From: Octopus sinensis
Taxonomy: Eukaryota
Reading direction: 5' to 3'
Assembly: GCF_006345805.1 (NCBI RefSeq)
Contig: NW_021831864.1
Span: forward strand, 1 to 64,000
Length of the DNA stretch: 64,000 nt
Of this stretch, positions 53,458 to 64,000 are shown piece by piece (position 1 is the first letter of the stretch; each line of letters starts with the position of its first letter). The translations under genes were made by a program, and so were the position numbers. The notes under the pieces are model-generated. The model saw only the letters and a program-made list of their open reading frames with translations, was not told where the DNA came from and made no database searches.

Positions 53458-54230
53458 CAGAGCTGGGCATAAGTCCGTTAATCGTTAATTAACAAAGTTA
53501 ATATTTTGGTTAACGATTTAACTTTTAAGTTAACTTTAAAAATCATTACCGAACTAATTAACTTCCGTTACATTTAGCTTCCACTAACCCCAAAATTTCA
53601 ATAAAACCAGTAAACGTTTCTATTGTTTAATGATTGTCTTATCATATTTAATATTGTACGCGTCATTCAGTGAGCAAGTGTTGGTGGACTTGTTTGTCAA
53701 GTACAACACATCCGTCCCTTCCAGTGCTGCAGTTGAACGTTTATTTTCCATAGACAAAGACATCTTGAGTGTCAAGAGATCATCCTTGTCTGATGAAAAT
53801 TTTAGTTTGCTAATTTTCAAGAAGGGCAACATTTATATCATCAACAAAATAGTGGAGAAGAGGAAAAGTTGAATCATGCATATATCATGTTTTCCAATTT
53901 AAAAAAAAAAAATTTATGATCACCTTATCAGTAAACTTCTTTTAGTTTAATACTAATATTATGTTTCATTTGAGTTTTATTTTTTACCTTTTCTGGCTCT
54001 AAAACCCTTTAAAAACCTTAAAAAGGGCCAAAACTATGAAATCAGCCTTTTTTTAGGCCCTTTGAAATTTAAAACTATAAAATCAGGATTTTTAACTCTT
54101 AAGCGAAAAAAACCCCAAAACAAAAAAACTATATAGTTTTTGGGTTCTAAAGCCCCCAAAAAGGCTGATTTTATAGTTTTGGCACTTTTAACCCTTTAAT
54201 GTTTAAAATGGCCAAAACCCATTGTATCTG
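53458..54230 (+). mobile_element. Internally deleted hAT transposon retaining the C-terminal dimerisation domain
   Basis: Terminus CAGAGCTGGGCA with GTTAA-rich subterminal repeats; ORF 53630-53872 contains LFVKYNTSVPSSAAVERLFS...KRSSLSDENF. Right boundary uncertain. Confidence 0.75.
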
Positions 54231-55109
54231 ATTCCTCGACGAAATCTTTTTAGAAAATAAACAAATCATATTAGTGAATTCTCATAGCTTTGAGATAATG
54301 TAAGGGCTTTTCTTCTAGAAAGCAGAGAAGTGGGTGAAAAGCACAATTAACTGAGGAGGATGTCAACATAGAAAATATTAACTTCCATAAAGTGGAAAAA
54401 ATAAATGGAAGGGAAAAAGCTGGTAAATATTTCGGTGTCAATGGAAATAATTGTTATGTGGTAGTAGGGCATGCTAGAAATAACAGCCAAATCTTTTCTG
54501 GAAAAAGGAGCCATTTATGCATGATTTCGATGTCAGATTCATTGAAAGCATGCAAAATAATCTGGAAAAGAAAAAAAGGACTCGTGAAACAAAATTCCCT
54601 TTGTGGGAAACTTCAAGGTCTCTACCACCCCTCCCACCTTTCTTTTCTGGAAAAAAAGTAGCTTGGGGCGAGTTTGGAGTTCAGATACATTGAATGCACC
54701 CCAAAATATTATTCCACACTAAGGTATGAAATATTTACTGAAAGAATAAAATCTTGTATCAGTTATACCTGTATTTTAATTAATTCAAATTAATGTACCT
54801 CATCTTGAAAAGTGGCAAACTTTTTGTTGGTTGCCATCTGGGATAATTTTTGTAACAAATCAAACAGATAAGATGCATTAAGAATTTCAATTTTAGTGTT
54901 TATCCATAATGTTGTTGCTTTTACACCTGTTAATTAAATTTACATACCCATAAAAGTTAAATTAATCAGCTAAAAAAAGATCAGCTAAAATTACATAACT
55001 ATCAACCAGTGGTATATAAAGCACCCACTGACACAATTTCAAATCTGTATGTAAAAAATTTACAAAGCTACAAGCAAATATTGTGGACACCCCTCCTGAG
55101 CCTGAATAA

Positions 55110-55634
55110 TCTCTATATATAAAACAAAGGATGTCTGTTTGCGTGTGTAATATGTATGCATTTCTACAGTTTTCAACCGATTTTCACCAAACTTTACACA
55201 CACATTACTTATGTGCCAAGGATGGCCACGCACTATAATATTTTGCTCAGAGCTCTCGCATAAAGCAAGAAATTGGGAAGAAACATGTTTTATGTTTTTT
55301 CTCTAAAAACTGCAGTTTTCAACCAATTCTCTCCCTTTTCACATTCTCTGTTTTTCTTGCTTACCTATATCATCTCTCACTCTCTGTAATAGTTCCTCTC
55401 TTTTAGTCTACACTTTTTTCCTTCCTTCTTTCTTTATTTTTTTTCGTTCTTTCTCCTTCTACATAGGAAACGAATCTGAAAACGAAAATTTTCACATTTA
55501 TTATATTAAATATGTATATATACATATAAAGTATTGATCCATGATAGAAAATTCAACAAAAAAAGTACTCCATCTTGTGAGAGATAAATATTATTTATTT
55601 AAAGGTCACAATACATGTATTAAAGCGCTACTAG
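55110..55634 (+). mobile_element. Non-autonomous Helitron (putative)
   Basis: 5' A|TCTCTATATATAAAA...TTTTCAACCGATTTTCACCAAA; candidate 3' palindrome AATACATGTATT followed by CTAG|T. Confidence 0.5.
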
Positions 55635-55966
55635 TAGTTTCATATGTTGAGAAATCTCAAACATATTCTTCAGACGCAAACCACATATCATAAGGTATGG
55701 ATTTCTCAACTATTTTCCATTTAATCCCATGCAGTATTTCATTATCTTTCAAAGTCCATATGTATCTAGCCAACTTGGTAGCTTTACTTTTGTCCTTATG
55801 TCCTATGTGATTGGCATAGAGATTTTTAAATTCTCCTTCTCATAATCCAGCATAGGTCTTCTTAACAGTTGCATTATTATTTACGGTTGCAGTAGCTTCT
55901 GCCTCATATATGATAGATTTAGTCATACATCGTTGGTCAAGTGGACACGATATAGGCCAATGTCAC

Positions 55967-56051
55967 GAGCCGGGTGGTGTCTATATCTCAATGTGTTTAA
56001 TTATAAGAACATTTATATTAAACACATTTAGATTTAGACACCACTCGGCTC
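55967..56051. repeat. 85-nt imperfect hairpin
   Basis: GAGCCGGGTGGTGTCTATATCTCAATGTGTTTAATTATAA-gaacat-TTATATTAAACACATTTAGATTTAGACACCACTCGGCTC. Confidence 0.85.
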
Positions 56052-56222
56052 TAAATCTAATTTTAATGTGAATGTTTCTGTCTTTAATAATGTGTTACCT
56101 TTTAGAGATTCATTAAGAGAGACACAGTGTGTGCGTGTGCGTGTGTGTGTGTGTCTGTCTGTGTGCATGCACTCCTGTGCTTTAAGCTGGTCTCTAAAGG
56201 CAGAAAGTGTATTTATATTATA

Positions 56223-56623
56223 CTAGCAGCTAAGCCCGGTTTCACCCAGTCTTTTTGGATGTTGTGACTATGATTGTTTTCGGTTAGGCATAATCTATAA
56301 CACCATTTCTCAACCTTATCATTTCAGGTCCCCAGTTTCGATTGGATCTCCAACTATATGAAAATTTCCTGGCTCATCCTGTCAAAAAACAGCTTCTAAG
56401 CAACTGGATGTTTTAATGGCGGAAGAAAGAGGGGAATTCCAATAGGAAAAGGTTTTTATCGATTTTCTCGGTATGTAGGGAGGCTAGGAAAAAAATACAA
56501 ACTGCATTCCAATCTATGCACCCATGTGTGCCATTTTTTGCACAAATTCATCCTGCCATTTGGTTGTGAACCTCAAGACAAGAAAGAATACAACGATCGC
56601 CCATGTCCAATTTATATTATAGA
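56223..56623 (-). mobile_element. Non-autonomous Helitron with both termini
   Basis: Minus strand 5' A|TCTATAATATAAA; 3' imperfect GC hairpin CTGGGTGAAACCGGG about 8 nt before CTAG|T. Confidence 0.75.
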
Positions 56624-56979
56624 TATATATAGATTGGTAAACCGTCCTGTTGCTAAGGCAACTCACTCCTTTCTGATTAAATTCAACTTTGAAGATTCTT
56701 TATGTAAAGCATTGGTAAGGCATCAAAGAATAACTTGTTGAGAATTTGCTGAGCCTTGTTGATTGGCCAGTTGTAATCCAAAAGTTGTACATTAGTCTGT
56801 TAAAACACAAAGTGAAAAAAAACAGCAACAGGTTTGGTTTCCTTGCTTTCCACATTTGAGCAGGAGTCACGGTGACTGGCATTGTGACAGGAGTACCACA
56901 ACCCCAACGAAGCAATTGACCAATCACAATTGCCGTATTATGTGGTTCAAAACCAAGGGTTGGACACATAATAATCTAC

Positions 56980-57313
56980 ATCATAAGCGGAAAGTGTAAC
57001 CTCTCGAAAGAGCTGTTCTTCACTCCTGCTCCAGAGCATCGGCTGCGGGGTCATTCCGAAAAGCTCTATCTGCGACGATTTCATCTCAATCGAAGGAGAG
57101 GGGCTTTCTCCGTCCGGGTTGCGGATCCATGGAATAAGCTGCCGGACGAGATGGTGAGGATGCCGACGATCGCTCGGTTCAAAGTCTCCCTTGACCACAA
57201 GTGGCATGAACTCTTTACATGAACACCACCCTGTACCTAACTCCATGTCCCCACTACATGGCCTTGCTTTTTGCTTTCTGAGCCAAAAAATTAACTAACT
57301 AATTAACTAACTA
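56980..57313 (+). mobile_element. CR1-clade LINE 3' end
   Basis: Manual translation LFFTPAPEHRLRGHSEKL...FSVRVADPWNKLPDEMVRMPTIARFKVSLD (one frameshift), then a short 3' UTR and a (TAAC)n tail. Confidence 0.85.
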
Positions 57314-57328
57314 CTTCATTTTCTTGTA

Positions 57329-58362
57329 TCTTATATATTAAAAGGCAAGTTGTCTGTCTGTCTGTTGTGTGAACCACTTCTACTCCTACAATTTTCAACT
57401 GAATTTCACTAGATTTGACATGTGTACTCTCTTTGACTTAGGACACTTTTTCTTATGATTTTTTCCTTGAAATTCCACACCCCCAACATAAATAGACTAC
57501 TCTCAATTCACCAAGGATTTGAACCCACCACATCTATGCAATGGTATGTGTTTGATCTTATATATTAAAAGGCAAGTTGGCTGTCTGTCTCTGTGTGTAT
57601 GTTGTGTGAACCACTTCTACTCCCACAATTTCCAACCGAATTTCACCAAATTTGACATGTGTCCTCTCTTTGACTTGGGACGCTTTTTCGTATAATTTTT
57701 TCCTCAAAATTCTGCACTCCCAGCATAAATAGACTACTCTCAATTTGCCTAGGATTTGGCTTGAGCCAGTGAAAAACGTAACATGCCCAACTGGGAAAAA
57801 TCAATACTTTACTTTGTCAGCTGTGGCAAGCTCTTATCGACTGCTTGCACAGTACTGCCAGCAATATTCATTTGCAAGCTATGATTTGCCTCTGTTTACA
57901 CATGAGTGCTTTTTTCCATATAACTATTCCAACTTAAACTAGCCACTTCAAAACTCTTACCCAAAATCAATTCAGTCTGCTTGAAAAACATTTTTACAAA
58001 CTACATGTTACTATTTTTTGGGTGCTATACATTCACCGCTTTTTCCTTAGGACTTTTTCTATTGCATAAACTGATAATTTTCCACCATACCTCGACACAA
58101 AAGTTCCAATATAGGTGGGCAAACAAATGCTGCAAAGAAAAGTAAACGCATGCATGCAAATGAATCTGCTGAAAACGCCGCCAGGAGGAACTCTCTCAAT
58201 GCACATAGGATGGCTTCAGTGCGAAGAAGGGAAAGTGAGGAGCAGCGTTGTGAATGGTTAGCACAACGAGCCATCCAGAGCAATGAGCAATGTTCAGCAC
58301 GCCGAACAAGAAATGCTTCCTCTACTACTGCTGTACGAGCTGCAGCACAATGTGCAACATAA
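57329..58362 (+). mobile_element. Helitron 5' region with duplicated 5' terminus and N-terminal ORF remnant
   Basis: A|TCTTATATATTAAAAGGCAAG at 57329 and 57556 (~227 bp tandem copies); PRHKSSNIG...ESAENAARR...ESEEQRCEWL remnant at 58090-58362. Confidence 0.7.
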
Positions 58363-58620
58363 ACTTGTTTTTAGGTGATTTCTGTAATGTTTATGAGGTG
58401 GTCAAGTCACAGAGTCTGTAGAGCACCAGATAGGTTGATTTGTGGCAATCCTTCTGACTCTTTGCGATGCTGAAATCAATTTTGTCTTTGATCACTTTGG
58501 AGTCAATAAACAAAGTATTGGGGTCAATTCTTCTCAGCCTCTCACTTTTTCTTTCTGTTTCTCTCTCCCTCTTTTTAGAAGAAACCAGTTTTGGTCATTC
58601 TTGCAGAAGGATGGCCTTGA

Positions 58621-58925
58621 CATCATCCTCCTCATTGTTTAATGTCCTCTTTCCATGATGGCATAGGTTGGATTGTTTGAAATGGAGCTGGCCAGGCTCC
58701 AGTTGTCTGTTGTGGCATGGTATCTACAGCTAGATGTCCTTCCTAATGCCAACCACTTAACAGAATGTGCTGGGTGCATTTTACATGCCACTGGCAAGGG
58801 TGTGTTGACACAACCCCAGCGTGGGAGTGTTTTTATGTTGCACCCACCCCTGAAAGGACAAGCTTTTTACTTAGCTTCACATGATTTTTCAAGTACAGCA
58901 AATCACCACATCTCCTGGTCCCTCC
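58621..58925 (-). mobile_element. Family C retroposon, diverged
   Basis: CATCATCCTCCTCATTGTTTAATGTCC...CTAGATGTCCTTCCTAATGCCAACCAC...CATGCCACTGGCA. Confidence 0.7.
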
Positions 58926-59184
58926 GGGTTTAAAAATACCCAAGACATGCCATTTCTGACCATAGTGCCCCATACAACCCTATCAAGGAATTGAGGGCCC
59001 AACACAAAGCTGTATTTATAAATTAGGTTCATCTGGTTGAGTTTGGTGGGTGAATGGTTGGGGTGTTCTTTTGTTGAATGTATTCTATATGATGTTGTGG
59101 CATTAATCAGGCTAATCAGATTGGTACTTTTGGTTGTTATTGTTGTTGTGGTCATTGTCATTGTTTGGAAAATGTGGACAAAAT

Positions 59185-59357
59185 GCTCAGTGACATTTCA
59201 TCCATCTTTATGTTCTGGGTTCTAATTCCACTGAGGTCAATTTCACCTTTCATCTCCTCAGGGTCAATAAAGTAAGTACCAGTTATACACTAGGGTTTAT
59301 CTAATTGATTAACTCTCCCCCAAAGTTTCAAGCCTTGTGCCTATAGAAGAAAGAATT
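59185..59357 (+). mobile_element. SINE family B, diverged
   Basis: GTTCTGGGTTCTAATTCC..GAGGTCAATTTCACCTTTCATC...AAGTACCAGTT...GCCTTGTGCC. Confidence 0.65.
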
Positions 59358-59817
59358 GTTTGGAAAATGTGTATTTAGATGAAGTTTGTCATACTAAATG
59401 GCATTTGTGTGGCTGTTTTATTGCAAAACATCTTTTTAAAGATTTTAAAGCTGGATTCGTTCAGAGGTGTGACTTTCAGATTTCATGGACATATGTTAGA
59501 ACTCTGGTTTCTGTGAGTGAAATTAGCATTGTTCAATCAGGAATGCCATAACTTCTTTGCAGATATTCTCAAGACAAGACGATTTTAGCAAATGTATTCG
59601 TCTATTTTAAAAATGGGAGAACTTTTGAAAAACTTTGGCTGTTATTTGTAGCATATCTGGACTGTTTGAAGGCTATATGTATTTCAGGTTTACATCAGGC
59701 ATGTAAAGTGGATGTTTATGATGTGGATAGCATTATATTGTTACATGGATGGTGAATAACTTGTATTTATCTAGCATTAAATCTTGGTTTTATTTTGCAG
59801 GAATATCTGCCACGAGT

Positions 59818-59998
59818 ATGGAAGGAGAAGATGAGGGCAGAACGATATTGGTGTCAGGAATCCCAACTGATTTCCGTTTGGAAGCCATTCAGTCTTATTT
59901 TGAGAACAAGAGTAGATCAAGTGGAGGACCTATTAAAGGAAAGCCAGAACGGATCCAAGATTCTGAGGAAGTTATTATCACTTTTGAATCGGAAAAAG
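59818..59998 (+). CDS. First recognisable coding exon of a PARP14/PARP10/NMI-like protein (N-terminal RRM-like domain)
   Basis: Acceptor TTTTGCAG|G at 59800/1, ATG at 59818, MEGEDEGRTILVSGIP...QSYFENKSRSSGGPI...IITFESEK, donor AAG|GTTAGA (phase 1). YFEN..RS.GG is the hallmark of PARP14/PARP10/NMI-type RRMs. Confidence 0.8.
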
Positions 59999-60148
59999 GT
60001 TAGAAGAAATATTCTTTATTTCATGAAATCATTTACAGACATCATCATTGTCATCATTTAATATCTGTTGTCCATGCTTGCATAGGTTGGACAATTTGCA
60101 CATAATTACTGTGAACACATTAGATTAATATAAAGCAATGTTAAAAAT

Positions 60149-60355
60149 CATCATCATCGTCATTTAACATTCATTTTCCATATTTGCTTGCATTGAATAG
60201 TTTGACAGGATCTGGTGAGCAGCATTGACCTCTGGGGTCAGCTTTGGCATGGTTTCTATTGCTCAGTGCCCTTCCTAATGCCAACCACTTTACAGAGTGG
60301 ACTGGGGACAATTTTCCTGCCATCATTACTAGTGAGGTTGCCAAGTAATGTCCAA
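60149..60355 (-). mobile_element. Family C retroposon, diverged
   Basis: CATCATCATCGTCATTTAACATTC...TGCCCTTCCTAATGCCAACCAC. Confidence 0.7.
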
Positions 60356-60685
60356 GACAGGAAAAAAAAAAAGGAAAAACACTCCTTCTACTAAATGGAG
60401 TGAGGAACCGAAAGGGTTATGTAGGGGTTATGCTAGGTATTGAAAGGCTAAAGTGTGATCAAGGAGGTACAATAGAGAAACTGTAGAGCAGTGTTCTATT
60501 CCAAGTTGTCACACCATTCTGTATCCGCTCATTAAAATTCTTTAGTCATCAACAATCTGGCAGTCATGGGTAGGCTTTTATAACGAAGAGGTCTCAAAAC
60601 TGAAACGTGCTTGGAGTTGTCTCTCTGCTGCTAAATTCATTCCTTCACCTTAACCTGAAGGAATATCAAATGGCATATATATATA

Positions 60686-60718
<33 letters not shown>

Positions 60719-60721
<3 letters not shown>

Positions 60722-60837
60722 CTGATCACGTGACCGACCAGGCTATCAGATGCTGCTACAAATCGGTGGTCACAATGCGCTTTGCATTGTTTTAGCCTTC
60801 AAATGACGCCACCCCGCTGGCTAAGTGAGCAGGCCAA
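60719..60837 (-). mobile_element. Short structured repeat inserted in (TA)n
   Basis: A 119 bp GC-richer island flanked by (TA)n on both sides, with several self-complementary segments. Strand is tentative. Confidence 0.5.
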
Positions 60838-61546
60838 TATATATATATATATATATAAATATTTTTTTTTATTTATAAAAATTTAAATTTCAAGGTTATG
60901 TTCCTCTCGTTTCTTGGCATGGGTCTGTCACGAAGATAATGAGTCTCTCTTTTCATTAAGGGACTAATTTTAATTGAAATTTTGCAGTGCACTTCATTAA
61001 ATGTTTTGACATATTCTGATATTCAAATATTCTACTCTTTATTGGAAAATAGGCTTACATATTGGTCTGCTCAGGATAAAGCTTTTTATTGGCAATTGTC
61101 TTTGTGAATGACTACTGTTTCCTCTAAGTACTGTATGTGCGTATACACATAAGTGTGTATATGTTTATCTGATCACACACACACACATCCTATGATGGCC
61201 ACAGTTTCTCTCTTCCAAATATCAGTCACAAGGCTCTGGTCATCTTGAGGCTGTGGTAGAAGATACTTGCTCAATGTGCTGTTGAACTAGAGCCAGTTAA
61301 TTGTACAGGGAACCTCATAATCCTTTCAGCTATCGAACAAAGGGGCCTCTAAGTGATGACTTGATCTGCTAGAAAAGGCAGTTAAATCTTCTTCATGTAC
61401 CACCTAACATCATAAACAAGGAAGGACACTTGGACATGTTTATGACCAGAAAGTGTCTGACCTGGTTCTACACCAACACAACCATGCCCTCCACTCATTA
61501 ATAATGACATTATATTCTCAATTTCTTCTGCTATTTTGATTTTCAG

Positions 61547-61783
61547 ATGCAGAAAATGTTGTCCAAAGGAAGGTCCATAATGTAAGCAAACATAAACTTC
61601 ATGTGGACTGGTATAAAAATCTAGTCTGGCAAGAAGATGCAGTGATTGTGTCAAATGGCCCCAAAGACATGTCGGAAAAAATGTTAATTGATTTTTTGGA
61701 AAAGACAGGAAAATTGGATATTGTATATGTTTCCCCTGGAAGAAAAGCTGGAACTTTTCTTGTGTATTGCCAAAATGAAATTG
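61547..61783 (+). CDS. Second coding exon of the PARP14/PARP10/NMI-like gene (end of RRM1, start of RRM2)
   Basis: Acceptor TTTTCAG|AT; 237 nt open in phase 1 as (D)AENVVQRKVHNVSKHKLHV...AVIVSNGPKDMSEKMLIDFLE...FLVYCQNEI; donor G|GTAAGT. Joins in frame to 59818-59998. Confidence 0.8.
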
Positions 61784-61864
61784 GTAAGTTTCTTCAAGTT
61801 TAATTTGTTTTGAAAAAGATTTCTTGAATTTTGTTTTGTTAATAGGATTGGTATATCTTTTGTG

Positions 61865-62262
61865 TTTTAATTGTTTTAGTCTAATGACTCAGGCCATGCT
61901 GGGGCACCACCTTGAAGATCTTTTTTAGTTAAATGAATCGACCCTAGTGGTTCTTAATTTTTAAAACCTAGAAACTTTTATCATTCCATTTTGCTGATCT
62001 GTTAAGTTACAGGAACATAAACACATTGACACCAGTCATCAAGCAGTAGCGGGTAACAAATAGACACAACGACACAAACACACACACACACACATACATA
62101 CTGGGCTTCTTTCAGTTTCCATCTACCAAATTCACTCACAATGCCTTGGTTGAACTGAGGCTACAGTAGAAGATTCTCACCCAAAGTGCCACACAGTGGG
62201 ACTGAACCCAGAACCATGTGGTTGGGAAGCAAACTTCTTAGCACACAGCCCTGTCTGCACCT
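61865..62262 (-). mobile_element. SINE family A, near full length, intronic
   Basis: Homologous to 279-677. Confidence 0.85.
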
Positions 62263-63094
62263 ATTTATATCTTTTATTTCTTCCCAGATTTTGCTTTTTG
62301 GTTTCTCACATTTATCAGGAAAGGAAGAAATTTGTCAGGAATGATGGTTATCAGGCAGGAAATCAGAAATATTAGAGATGATGTTTTATCAGTGAAACTG
62401 ATTCCAGTATTTGACCGTTCCTTCAGTTTCTAAACATTGGAAAGAGGGAAAGTAAATGGAATATTTTACCATCTTTGTTTGATTGATAGAGGGAACTTGT
62501 TACAAATGTAATTTCTATCTAAAACAAAATGGAAAGAAAACTGAGTCTTTACCTTGTAAATGCATATTACTGAATAATAATACAAATATATAGTTTAATT
62601 CTAAAACAAAATATATTTTGTTAGTCTTGGGAGGGTCATTGTGCCAATGATAAACACATGCACAGGTCTGCCTGTCTTTTACTTTTAATTATAGTTTCAA
62701 TATAAAACGAATATGTTGAGTAATGATACTCTCATAATATTGAACACATCAAACTAAAATTTTCAAATCAATAAAATTCTACAAAGGACTTTCCACACAG
62801 GATTATATATTCGGTTGATGTGATTTTTTCTTTTGTCTGTTGTTTCACCTCTCCATTTTATTTACCTTTTCTCACTACAGACTCTGAAACATTTCTTCTT
62901 TCTTCTAGCACTTTCATCTTTATAATTCAGAGCATTCCTTAACTATTTAGCATTCAGATTAATCTGTCAAGCTTTCTGCTTATTTATTCACATCATTTCG
63001 TATTAATCATGCATTATCTCATAGCTTTGAAATTTTGACGAGGTAATTGTTAATTTTTAGAATGATATTGTATGGTTGGTGTAAGAGGCCAGAT

Positions 63095-63625
63095 ATCATC
63101 ATCATCATCATTGTTTAAAGTCCGCTTTCCATGCTGGTATGGGTTGGACGATTTTGACTGAAGGCTGGCAAACCAGATGGCTGCACCAGGCTCCAATCTT
63201 GATCTGGCAGAGTTTCTACAGCTGGATGCCCTTCCTAATGCCAGCCACTCCGATAGTGTAGTGGGTGCTTTTATGTGCCACCGGCACAGGTGCCAGTTAG
63301 GCAGTACTGGCAACCTCGCACAAATTTTTTTATACATGCCACCGGCACAGGTGCCAGTAAGGTGATGTTGGTAACGATCACGCTCGAATGGTGCCCTTTT
63401 ACGTGCCACTGGCACAGAAGCCAGTTGGCTGCTCTGGCAACAATCACACTTGGATGGTGCTCTTGGCACCCTACTAGCACGGGCGCAAGTGCCAGTAAGG
63501 TGATGCTGGTAATGATCTGGTAACGATCACACTCGAATGGTGCCTTTTATGTGCCACTGGCACGGATGCCGGTTAGCCGCTCTGTCAATGATCACACTCG
63601 TATGGTGCTCTTTGCACCCTGCTAG
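63095..63625 (-). mobile_element. Family C retroposon with heterogeneous internal tandem units
   Basis: CAT-repeat tail, GCTGGATGCCCTTCCTAATGCC and repeated GTGCCAC(C/T)GGCAC units. Confidence 0.85.
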
Positions 63626-64000
63626 TAGATATGGCCTGTTTAAATGTTCAGGGGTTAAACATTCTGCATTCTCATTTCTTTGCATTTCTTAACATCTTCT
63701 GGAGTCTTTATATTCTTCATCCTTACCCTGACTCATCTCAGTTCTCTGCACACCTTCTTTCTACCTGTGTTTCTATGCTGCTGTGTGTGCATGTGTGTGT
63801 TGTCCATTGCCTTACACCCTGTTGATGCTGTTAAAGTATTGTTTTGAACTGATGAACAGGGAGATGAGGCAAGGATTGCAGAGGACCAGTGTTCAAAGGA
63901 GAAAGAATCTGGTATAATTGAGGGGATGGAGTTGGATACAAGAAGGGTGACATGAGATGGAACAATGAGTGGATCAAAGAGCCTGAATGGCAATGGTATA

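Noticed and set aside
56947-57246. 99-aa minus-strand ORF
   Set aside because: Antisense shadow of the + strand CR1 ORF2 end.
60581-60612. Hammerhead-like ACGAAGA-GGT...ACT-GAAACGTG
   Set aside because: No stem I, an altered core, and G at the cleavage position.
63733-63993. 86-aa minus-strand ORF at the window end
   Set aside because: No recognisable domain or splice context, and it is antisense to the inferred host-gene intron.

Overview
AT-rich, repeat-dominated animal genomic DNA. The SINE families, microsatellite density and intron style point to an Octopus/coleoid cephalopod genome; this is recognition of repeat style, not a database match. The only host gene seen is the 5' end of a + strand gene encoding tandem PARP14/PARP10/NMI-type RRM-like domains. 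It has phase-compatible coding exons at 59818-59998 and 61547-61783, and a candidate upstream promoter with ISRE/GAS/ETS/CCAAT motifs and non-coding first exon(s) at about 48150-48500. The rest is mobile and tandem DNA: tRNA-derived SINEs; two tandem 5'-truncated R4/Dong-clade retrotransposons inside (TAA)n; CRE, CR1, hAT/Buster, mariner-MITE and Helitron remnants; and about 26 kb (14.5-40.5 kb) of (NTT)n low-complexity DNA interleaved with a 49-bp phased A-tract satellite in a roughly 1.9-2.2 kb higher-order repeat. The most notable unannotated signal is a set of six sequence-unrelated minimal type-I hammerhead ribozyme motifs with palindromic or near-palindromic stem III. They lie in short non-coding elements bordered by TA-rich tracts (Penelope-like/retrozyme-like), and one carries a compensatory U3-A8 core. 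Almost all ORFs in the supplied track are microsatellite or satellite artefacts. Coordinates were counted by hand and repeat boundaries are approximate.
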